Origin: Octopus bimaculoides
Lineage: Eukaryota
Length of the DNA stretch: 64,000 bases
Reading direction: 5' to 3'
Assembly (NCBI RefSeq): GCF_001194135.2
Contig: NC_068990.1
Location: 15,157,209-15,221,208, forward strand
The notes under the pieces are model-generated. The model was not told the DNA's origin. It searched no databases and saw only the letters and a program-made list of their open reading frames with translations. Every line of letters starts with the position of its first letter. Positions within the stretch are counted from its first letter, which is position 1. Below, one piece after another: positions 25,332 to 37,300 of the stretch. The translations under genes were made by a program, and so were the position numbers.

Positions 25332-28300
25332 GAAATTTAATTTGGTAAAACACTATTTTAAAATTTAGCATTTTCAATTTTTTTTTCTATTTATTTAAAC
25401 TTTTAATTTACCTATGAGTGACAAATATTAGTGAATCATTGAGTGTGTGTGTGTATGTATGTATTTACATAATTTGTTTCCAAGCAGTTTGGTTATTCAT
25501 TATTTCATAGTAGTTTACATTTACACTGCATCCGTTTTATAGGCAAATTCAAATTCAATTAAAAATCCAATAATGTGCATAATTCTTCTATATTACATTT
25601 GTCTGTGTATAAAATACACTACTGTATAATTAAGGGTAATTAACATCTAATTAAGGGTAATAACATCTCCTACTGACTTTTCTTTAATATTGGTTTCAAA
25701 TTTTGGCAAGTCAGTAAGAATTGGTAAGTCAACTACATTGACCCCAGTGGTCAACTGGTACTTATTTTATCAACCCCAAAAGAAAGAAAGGCAAAAATCA
25801 ACCTTGGTAGAATATTTTAAACTCGGAATGTAAAGACAAATGAAATGTTACCAAGCATTTTGCCCAGCCTGCTATTGACTGCCAGTTTTCCCAGCCTGCT
25901 AATGACTGCCAGTTTGCCCAGCCTGCTAATGACTGCCAGTTTGCCCAGCCTGCTAATGACTGCCAGTTTGCCCAGCCTGCTAATGACTGCCAGTTTGCCC
26001 AGCCTGCTAATGACTGCCAGTTTGCCCAGCCTGCTAATGACTGCCAGTTTACCACCTTGACTGATTTTGCTTTAATAAAATGGAAGTGTTTAGTTAGATT
26101 TATAATTGAAAAAGTTCATGTACCTTAAATGGAGAAAAAACTTAATCCTAAGGTGACTTTTAAACTTTACTGGTGTAAGCCATAAAAGTACACCTAGTCA
26201 AGTCAACATGGCAGAAATCGCTAGATTTCTTTTTTTTCTAGAAAATCAGTTTGGTTTTGATACTGATGGTATTCTTACATAAATTTTACACTCATTTACA
26301 CTTCTCTCTCTAACTGAGATAGCCATGTATCTTCTCTATTGTAAGTAACCTCTTTCTGCCCCCCCCCCCAATTCATTACCAACCATAAAACCACTTCCCT
26401 CAATACTTCTCCCCACTCAGTTGATGGGGCTTGTCTTGCAAGTTACTAGGTGATTTCACTGCTCCTGGTGCCACATAAAAAGCACCCAGTGCACTCTGTA
26501 AAGTGGTTAGTATTAGGAAGGGCACTGAACCATAGCAACCATACCAAAGCAGATAGAGCCTGGTGCAGGCTTCTGACTCACCAACCCCAGTCAAAAACTA
26601 TCCAACCCAAGCCAACACTGAAGGGGGACATTAAATGACAATGACAATGATGATATAGTACTCAGTTTGGATAGTGATGCAAGTGTGTTAGAGTTGTTAC
26701 ACGAGATCAATATGTTTATCATTTAAGTATGGATTATAAAAGAAAACAAAAAACCCCTTTTTTTTTTTAATTATACATAAAGAATATCAGTAAATGTCTC
26801 AATAAATTTTGATACAGTTTCATTATCTTCACTATTTTCCAGTCAATTTAAGGTTCTGTAAAAGCAGAGTTTTTCTTGAATTTTATAAAACATCCTTTGC
26901 TTGCATGAAATTCTGGCTTATTAGAAGTTTATTCCAATCTGCATATAAACTGATAAGATTTTTTTAAAATTAATACAAGATGCAAGTGTATTTCTTTCTA
27001 TGTTGGCCATCAATGTATACTTTTACTGAATTCTCCATTTGTTATCAACACTTTACCACATTTTAGGGACATAATTTTTACTGATATATTTCTTACATTA
27101 TGCATGTTCTTTATTTTATCTCTAATAATTGAATACTTGTCACATTCAAAACCCTTGTTATTGGAGCAAGTCTACAAATTTTGGGGGGAAGCAACAGTAG
27201 ATTATATCAACTCTAGTATTTGAATGGTACTTGATTTTATTGACTCAGAAAGGATGAAAAGCAAAGTCAATTTTGTCAAGATTTGAACACAGACTGTAAT
27301 ACATTGTTGTTAGCACTCCGTCGCTTACGACATCGAGGGTTCCAGTTGATCCGATCAACGGAACAGCCTGCTCGTGAAATTAACGTGCAAGTGGCTAAGC
27401 ACTCCACAGACACGAGTACCCTTAACATAGTCCTCGGGGATATTCAGCGTGACACAGTGTGACAAAGCGGACCCTTTAAATTACAGGCACAACAGAAACA
27501 GGAAGAAAGAGTGAGAGAAAGTTGTGGTGGAAGAGTACAGCAGGGTTTGCCACCATCCCCTGCCGGAGCCTCGTGGAGCTTTAGGTGTTTTCGCTCAATA
27601 AACACTCACAACGCCAGGTCTGGGAATCAAAATTGCGATCCTATGACCGCAAGTCCGCTGCCCTAACCAATGGGCCATTGCGCCTCCTAACGCAGACTGT
27701 AATACATTATAAATTCACAATGCCATAGACTGAATAACCCATTGCATCAGTTTATTTACAACCAGAAATGAGAAGAAAAACTGAGCACTTCCATCTATAC
27801 AGACCATCTCACATGTGTAGAATATAATCCATTTATTGAAACTGGATAATTAGTGATGTCCCCTTCCACCGCATGAAAAACCTATATAGTCATAATTATT
27901 ATTATTATAAGGAGTAAGACCACACATCACTAAAAATACCTAAACATATCTAAATGTCTTACATTAAGTTTAGCTTCATCAATACAATGTAGTATGCTCT
28001 ATTTGGGTATAAATGATATTCAGTAAGATCTGATCTATTCATTAAACAATCAATCCTTCATAAAAGGAATTTATTTATTTCCTTTTGTTATAATGGTAAA
28101 AGTTGGCACAGATGGAATCATTTTCAGACTGAGACATTATTTTGATAGATTCTTCAGAGCTACTAATTCATTTGACAATCATTTGTAAATAGGATCTTAT
28201 GAAGGATACAATTAGTGCAACTTTATTTAGGCCAATCTATTCAGTAGTTTCCAAGCTTTGTCAAATTGTTGAATTCTGTGGATATTGAATTAGTTAAGTT

Positions 28301-31300
28301 TAAGCAATCCTAAAGACAAAGAATAATCAACTGACAGAAACATACCTGCTATACTCTTTGTACATAGTGTAGATGGAATAATTTACAAATAAAATTGTTT
28401 AATTTGTTACACTTAAGGGCAGTAAATTATTTATATTGCAGTAACAATTAAAAAATGAATATATTGAATGAAACAAGAAAAAAAAAATTTAACTTACCAA
28501 CTTGTTCTTTCTTTATCTCAGTCAGAGCAAGAGCATCTATTTTGTCTTTGTCAGCTGGAGGGATACCTGCTCCATCAATTTGATTCATCAACTACAAAAT
28601 GAAGATCAGAAATTTTTCATTAAGCTAGACAGACAATATCACCATATACATACACATTTCACACATATATACACTCATACACACAAGTATATGTATCAAA
28701 TTGGTGCTTTCTATTTGATACATGTGAAGGCGCATGGCTCAGGGTTAGAGCATCAAGCTTACGATCATGAGGTTGTGAGTTCAAATCCTGGACCAGGCTG
28801 TGTGTTGAGCTCTTTAGCAAGACACTATTTCACGTTGCTCCAGTTCACTCAGCTGTAGAAACGAGTTGCGACGTCACAGGTGCCAAGCTGTATCGGCCTT
28901 TGCCTTTCCCTTGGATAACACTGGCGGCGTGGAGAGGGGAGGCCGGTATACATGGACGACTGTTGGTCTTCCATAAACAATGTTGCCCGGACTTGTGGCT
29001 GGAAGGGTAACTTTCTAGGTGCAATCCCATGGTCAGTCATGACTGAAGGGGGTCTCAGCATTTGATACATTCACTGTATAACATACCAAAAGCCCCACCG
29101 GATTTTGTTCAATCATTGAAGTTAAGCAGCATTGAGCCTAATTAGTACTTAGATGAGTGATAAGTGTTTAAGTGCTGTAAACATTACTTCCTAGTTGGTA
29201 TAAGCCTAACTGTATACTTAAGTCCTCTTTTCAACCATATGGTTCCAGAATCCGTTTCAATGCACAGCACATTGGCCAAGTGTGTAAACCTGAGCAATGC
29301 CCTTACAAGTGAATGTGGTAGGCAGAAACTGTATGAAGCCCATCGAGTGTGTGTTTGTTTACATCCCACATGCTTTGCACTGATAAAGTACTGAGCTCCA
29401 AGCAGTGAAGTCTGCTATCATTTTCCTGTCAACAAACCATCTGCTGGCTCTGCACTTTTGAAAATGAGTGGGATAAGAGACCTACTTGAAAAACATAAGA
29501 GTTAGAGACACAAAGGGCATTTAGTTGTAAAACAATGATTCAATAACAATAATATCCGTCTAATCCAGGCTAACGTGGAAGAATGTGCAAAACAAATATA
29601 CAATCACTGGCTTCACAAACCACCAGTGGAGGTGGAGAAATGTCAAAACACATGGCACATCCTGGTTCAGAGGCAATATTAATAATGCAGGAGATGAAGC
29701 CATAGCATTAAAAGTAAACTCCTTTTGAAATTAAACACCCTATACTTCACTAACCTAACTAAAAGAACTCAACCAAACTTCACCTTCTGCTAGGCACACA
29801 CAGCCACCACAACCAGATGGCAAACTACCCACAACCATCTTCTGATCATCTAGCCTTTCTCATACATTTAAATGAATAAAGTACTTGGATTAAATTTTAA
29901 AATAAACCAGTGAAACTAGTTCCATAAACAACATCAAGGTTTAAAGAATTTACAATGCCACAATCACCAACACAGATATAGCAGTCAACAAAACTAGATG
30001 CTTCCAAAAAAACATTTCCTAAAAAGCAACAAAAAAATACAATCCTACTCAAAAAAATAACTGCTAAAAATATTAAGCTATTGCTGCATAGATAACAATC
30101 ATATGCAATAAGGAGGAATTTATGGAATCAAATACCCAGAACAATAAACTTCAACTCGGACATAAAACATTCTCAAAAATCTGTAAAAATAATTTTTTAA
30201 ATACTAACCTGGCTTATAACAGAATCTAATCCACCGGCACCCCATGCATAGTCCCCAGGGTTAGCATGAAGAGGAAATATGTTTCTGAAGAAAAAAAAAA
30301 AAAAATGTATATATAGATATACATACATACATACATACATAAAGAGAATATAAAGCAGAAAAGTAATTATTTTAAAATATCAATTAAGCCATCTGCTTTT
30401 ATCTATTCATATTTAAACTAAAATATTGGTTTCAAATTTTGGCACAAAGCCAGCAATTTCGGGAGAGAAGATAAGCCATTTACATTGATTCCAGTGCTCA
30501 ACTGGTACTTACTTTATTGACTCCCAAAAGGATGAAAGGCAAAGTTAATCCCAGCAGATTTTGAACCCAGAACAAAGCATAAAGACATGAAATGCTGTCA
30601 AGCATTTCGCTCAGAGTGTTAACAATTCTGCCAGCTCACTTTTTTTTACCCTAAAATATTGACGGAATTCTTGTATTAATAACATCAGCAGATTTCACTC
30701 CTTCCACAATGCCAGACATTTTAGTGCGGAAAGTGTCACTGAATTGTTTTGAAATTCAAAACAAGTGAGAAAAAATGGTGAAGCTTGTTCACAAGTATCA
30801 TGTGATGTCAACACAAGGACACACACACATACACATCACAGGCACACACGCAGCTTTTGTCAGCCTTGGGCTAAAAAATAAGACATTTGCCTATGGTGCT
30901 GCACAGTGGAACTGAACTAAAAAATCACATTGTTGGGGAGCAAGCTTATCAATCACACACCTGAATTTAATTAAACTTTATTTTAAATTTTATCATAACT
31001 TTAAATCACAATGCATAATATCACAAGGAGTGAGGTTACTCTAAGTTATTAAATGCTTGGAAGGTGCAACAGTGAGTTGAATTTTTAGTCATTTGGCAAT
31101 GTCTATCATTCATTTGGGTTTGTATCATTGTTAAGAACAAGCTGTTAAGTAGGTAACGTAACTATTTAGGTAATCTTACTATTACCCTGCATAACACTGT
31201 TTAATTACACTACATTTTGAGAAAACATATCTAGAGCATTGAGATAAGACTGCATTAATATTCAATTAAGAGAAGGCATGTGGCTAGTGTATTCATCTTA

Positions 31301-34300
31301 TCACATGGTCAGGAGCTCAATTCCTGGCAGTGCACTGTGTCCCTGAGCAAGATGCATTATTTCTTGTGCCCCAGTCAACTCAGCTGGCAAAAATGAGCTG
31401 TACCTGTAATTCAACGGAGCTGCCTTGTCATGCTGAATCTTCCTGATGTTAATGGTATGCAAGTCTGTGGAGTGCTCAGCTACTTGCAAGATAATTTCAC
31501 AAGTAGGTTGTTCAGTTGCTTGTATCAACTGGAACACTAATCATCATAACTGACAGAGAGTCAAGCCTAATCTTCAATTAGAATAGTTTCAAGATAAAAA
31601 TTTAGTCGGGTTCATGAAAGAACCTTTTGCTACGCTGTTACAAACTCCATCATATATCTACAAATGTAAGTTATAGCTGATTTGTGAAACTTGTCTAAAT
31701 TCTTGAAAATTTCAAGATTTAATTGAAACATTCTAATTAAAATACAGTAGCAAAAAGGTTAATGTTTTTGTATCCAAGATCTTGTGAGCTATCAGATCTT
31801 GAAGATTAATTACTAGATGATTATGATTTTACATACTAAAGAGCAAGTCCCAAACACACTTAAATTTTAAGATCTTAAAAAACATTTGTTTTCATTGTGA
31901 ATATTCTGAAAATGGTAGAATAGCTCAGTTAAACTGAAGAGTAAGAATCATAATTATCAAAACAATTTTAAACTTGGATAAGAATTATCTTCATATCGAT
32001 TGAAATGTTAGCTATGTTTAGGTTTTAAACTTTCCAATAATACAGTAAACTTTATGTAAAAAAAAGTAAAATAAAATAAGCTTCAATTACTGTCTAGTTT
32101 TAATTTAGTCAAAATATTGAACATCTTTTTTAAACTGAGTAGACTTTAACCCTTTAGCATTCACATTACTCTAATGCTTATTTTTGCTTTTATTTATTCC
32201 AGTTATTAGACTGCAGCCATGCTGGAGCACTGCATTGGGGAATTTTTTTAGTCGAATGAATGGATCCCAGTACTTATTCTACTGGTCTCTTTTGCTGAAC
32301 CACTAAATTGCAAGGGTGTGAACATACCAGCACCAGTTGTCAAGCAATGGTGGGGGAGGGGGTGACAAACACACACTACAAGCTTCTTTGAATTTCTGTC
32401 TACCATATCCATTCACAAGGTTTTGGTTGGTCCAAAGTGCCAACACAGTGCCTGGAACCATTGTGGTTGGGAAGCAAACTTCTTTATTTCATTACATTTG
32501 CCATAAAGGCATAATACAGATGGAAGCTTGCGGGCTGGATACAGACACAATGATGCTGATGGAATGAAAAAAGAGATGGTTGGTGGGGGAAGCAGCCAAT
32601 GCCAGCCGACTGTTACTTCCCGATAACATTGTTCTTTTTTAAAAACACAAATGAGGTGTTGAACCACTTACAACAATTACAAATTGAGGCGCTGAGACTC
32701 TTACCAATCAAAAAAAAGTTCGCTAAGCCTCTTACCAAGTTCAAATCAAGGCACTAAGACCTCTTACTCTACTTCCCCGATTGAGTCTCTTGCTGCCTGC
32801 AGTCGCAAGCCGGGGTGCCATAAGAGATAATTGTATTCATCCTTGGTAAAGGAATCCATCACCCTGTATAAATAATTTTCCGCCATGACCTCTGCAGTCA
32901 CCTGCGGAGGCCAATCTGGGTTTTCAATGCAGGTCAGGACCTTCTGTTCCTGACCTTCCAGATTCCTTGCAAAGTTCTCTATTGTCCCTCTCTTAAGAAA
33001 GATCACACATTCTTCATTTATCATACTGGGAGGGGGCCACAGTTTCCTCTGTCGGTGGCACAATTCCCACCGACGAGATTTTGGGACATGCTGGCAGTGT
33101 ACTGCTAACCACCGGCACTGTCCCATTCTTTTTCTTCTTGTCTTTGATACAGGAGGAGGTGGTTCCTCTGCTTTAACCGGAGGATCATCCCTCCCTCCCG
33201 CAGCTTTAGGGTCCTTTGGTGAGCAACCATTGTTGCCCACCTTCCTTTTTTTCGGGGAGGTCAACCTCCTCGACTACCTCTACCTCTCCCTCCAGAGGAG
33301 GAAGGGAGGGGGCTCTTCTACAACCAACTGTTCTAGGACCCTACTCTGGTCCTGGGAACAGTTCTTTTTGATGTGACCTGGTTCCAGGCAAAAGTGACAC
33401 TTGCGGGGGGAGGGGGGGGGCTCCAGAATCACCGGGTACCTGCAACCGGCCATTTTCAAAAAATCTGGAGAAACCAGATTCTTGGCTGATTGGATCCACA
33501 GGGTCAAAGCAGCTTTTGACCCAACACAATCAGCTTGGATCTGCTACCACCCAGACCCCGGCAGACAGGGTCCTGTATCGACTCGGGTTCTATCCTGGGT
33601 GGCAACCCGCAGACCCAAGCTCTTGTCAACTTGGGGAAAAACAAAATCTCTTTGCCCTCTAAGGGCTGGCTCACAAATTTGCGAGACTCCTCAGGGGTGC
33701 CAAACAGCAACCACACTATTGCATATTTGACCCCACTTGAGATGAATTTAAATAGTTGGCAAATACCCTGTCAACTCTTTTTCAATTTGTGTCTTTTGAA
33801 AGAGAGCAATGGTGTTGAGCGATTTTGAGTAAGTCCTTAACACCACCGTCCTCTTTTTATCCACTGTTTGGGTGGGACAATGTCCCACTCTAACGTTGTG
33901 TTGTTTATCTCTTTTGCCATGTTCCTTTTTTTTGGGNNNNNNNNNNNNNNNNNNNNNNNNNNNNNNNNNNNNNNNNNNNNNNNNNNNNNNNNNNNNNNNN
34001 NNNNNNNNNNNNNNNNNNNNNNNNNNNNNNNNNNNNNNNNNNNNNNNNNNNNNNNNNNNNAAAAAAAAAAAAAAAAATGCAGGAAGGAATGAAGAAAAGA
34101 AACCGTTCAAAAACACAGCAAACTATTCTGGCCGTCCTGGTACTCCTGGCCAACTTGGTAATCCAGGGCACAAAACAGTCACACAACAATTTCATCAAAA
34201 AATAAGCACAATTATAGGAGGAGGGATACACCCCCAAAACACACTTCTCACCACTAAGTGAGACTTTAAACACAACTACAGGCAGACAAACGCCCAGAAC

Positions 34301-37300
34301 TCAGTGGAGATTTCTTGTTCGATAAAATAATTAAACATAAGCAACAAATCCCCACTGAATCCCAAAAAAACAAATGTCTTACCTTGTAGTTGTGCATCAC
34401 TTGTTCAATAATTCACGACGTTGGTGTCATGACTCCTAGCAGTGCAAATAAAACACTGACCAACGCATGCGCAGGAAACAAGCTTCTTACTATACAGCCA
34501 TGTCTATTCACATTGTTTTGAATTGACAATGCAACATCTCGTAGCTTCAAGATTTAAATGTGATTGTTTATTTTTAGAATGGCATTGTAGGGTAGGTATA
34601 AGATCCCAGATCTGGCTGGTTTGAACACAAAAGCAAAATGTTTAGGCCAGTTATGGGCAATTTAAATGCTAAAGGGTTAAGAAAACAGAACATGTGCATT
34701 ATCCAATTACTAATGAAGAAACTTAGTACACTTACAACATTCCAGCATTTGGCATTTCTGGTTGCAAAGGACTAATAAATTGCAATAATAGCCTGCAAAA
34801 TAAATAAATAAATCAAATATAAAAACCTGAACAAAATTTAATAGTCAATAAAAATTATCAAAGTGCTGCATGGTAATAATATATAATTTAAAAAAAACAA
34901 AAAAAAACATCTAAGCAAACTCTAGCATTAGGGAAAGGGACAAAAAGTTAAATGACCTGCATATGTACAGCTAAAGCTTTTGGTACACAATTGCAGAATT
35001 TAACAGATTGATATTTCCAAAACATGGTGCAATATATGGTTGAAACCAAAACCTTTTGTTTGATCTGTCTGCTTTTCCATGCTAACATGGGTTAAATGAA
35101 AGTGTTATTGAGGTATTGTCATTTTTTTTAATAGCCAGATGCCTTTTTTGACAAATTTTCAAGTAATGGATCTCTTATTCTAAACGGTTTCAAAAGCACA
35201 AAGCAACTGGACAAGTTACTGACAGGAATGGTGTTATCAACACCATTACATGGACAAAATTTTCAAATGAATAAGCATAGATGAAGGAAATATATACGTA
35301 CACAAGTGTATGTGTGTGTCTAGCTACATATCTCTCTCTATACATCTCCAAACTATAATTTCAGTTTCTGCCTACCAAATCCATTGACATGACACTTTGG
35401 TCAGCCCAGGGGTATAGCAGGAAAACACTTGGCCAATGTGTCATGCAGGAGAACTGAACCCAAAACTATGTGTTTGGCAAGCAAACTTCTAAACCAAATA
35501 GCCAAGCCTGCATCTAAAATATTCACATTAGCAGAGCATGATGCTGAAATTTGAAAATTGTCAAAAGACGTTGACAACACTAAAAGGAATGTTCCAATTT
35601 TACTCTAGAGAACACAAACATTAGTTGTTAAAGCCCAATTCAAACCTGATCAAATAGAGCAGAAGCATTTCAGCGACAATCAGTTTTTTTAGTGTCTACA
35701 ACTACATGATGCAATGTATCTGGGAGTGTCTAAGACTACATGATGCAATGTATCTGGGAGTGTCTAAGACTACATGATGCAATGTGTTCATTTAGAATAG
35801 AAAGTAAGATGAAGCAGATTACATGAATGATCTTGGACATATAAATTTATCCCCATTTCTCATTTCATGGATATATAATTTGAAAAGCACCTTTAAAAAC
35901 GTATCCCTATAATTTACCTACATACATTTTGAATGATATTACAAATGATTATAATTTTGGCACAAGGCCAGCAATTTTGAGGAAAGGAAGAAGTCTAGTA
36001 CATTGACCCAAGAGTTTAAATGATACTCATTTTTATCAACCTTGAAAGGATGAAAGGTAAAGCTGACATTGACAGCATTTGAACTCGGGGCATAAAGAGC
36101 CAGAAGAAATGCCTTTAAGCATTTTGTCTGGCACAGTAACAATTCTGCCAACTTGCTAATGATAAAGTTTACAACTTAGGCAAAGGGATTACTAACCTAC
36201 AACACCTCACAGATTTCATTGAAATAAAATTTCATATTTACCTTTCTATATCATAAAACTGAGGTCTATCTCTTTGATTAGGCCGACGCCTACCATTACT
36301 TCGTCGTTCACTACCATCATCATCTCTGTCTTGCTGTTGAGTCTCTCTTGGGCGAAGAGCATGACTTCTAAAGTTATCCCAGAACTATAAAAGAAAAAAG
36401 GCAAACATTGTAATGGAGTTAATAGACAACTTATCTACTGTTATAAACTAATGATCTGTTTAGTTACATATTATGCCAAATGTCCTCTGCAAAGAGACTC
36501 AGATGATATACACAACAATGGAGAAGATAGAAGACTTTGGGATGAGGACAATTTCTGACTGGACAAATTAAGCAGGACAGGCAGGGTTACAAATGTTGTA
36601 GAACTAAAAAAGCTGAAAACCCAAAAGGAGACACCTATTGTTGAGAAGCAAGTCCACAAAGCAATTGAATTTTGGACATGCAATGCACCACGAGTCACTA
36701 CTTGAGACCAACCTGACAGGAAATGTGTAAGGGAAGAGAGCAAGAAGTGATCAAAGAGGTTTGTGGACTGATGGCCTCAAAGAACAGACTGGAAAAAAGA
36801 ACTTGATTGTGTGCATGCAGCTGCTGTTGTTGTTGTTGTTGGTACTCCATTGCTTACGACGTCGAGGGTTCCAGTTGATCCAATCAACGGAACAGCCTGC
36901 TCATGAAATTAACGTACAAGTGGCTGAGCACTCCACAGACACGTGTACCCTTAACGTAGTTCTCGGGGATATTCAGTGTGACAAGGCTGACCCTTTGAAT
37001 TACAGGCACAACAGAAACAGCAAGTAAGAGTGAGAGAAAGTTGTGGTGAAAGAATACAGCAGGGTTCGCCACCATCCCCTGCTGGAGCCTCGTGGAGCTT
37101 TAGGTGTTTTCGCTCAATAAACACTCACAGCTCCCGGTCTGGGAATCGAAACCGCGAGTCCGCTACCCTAACCACTGGGCCATTGCGCCTCACCTGTGCA
37201 TGCAGCACAACAGAAGAAACTGAAGAGTCTTGGCAAGCCAACAGAAGGTTGACACCTGACTGCTGGCTACTTAGTAGGTATTAGAAACCCAAGTACATGT

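Noticed and set aside
25798-26060. Repetitive peptides (WQSLAGWAN)n and (LPSLLMTAS)n; possible CRISPR-like array
   Set aside because: Head-to-tail 27-bp units with no spacers, derived from a repeat tail; no cas genes and no splice evidence
34383-34435. Reading the in-frame TGA codons as selenocysteine or as editable to Trp
   Set aside because: Stops occur in all frames, no SECIS-like element was recognised, and the peptide has no homology support
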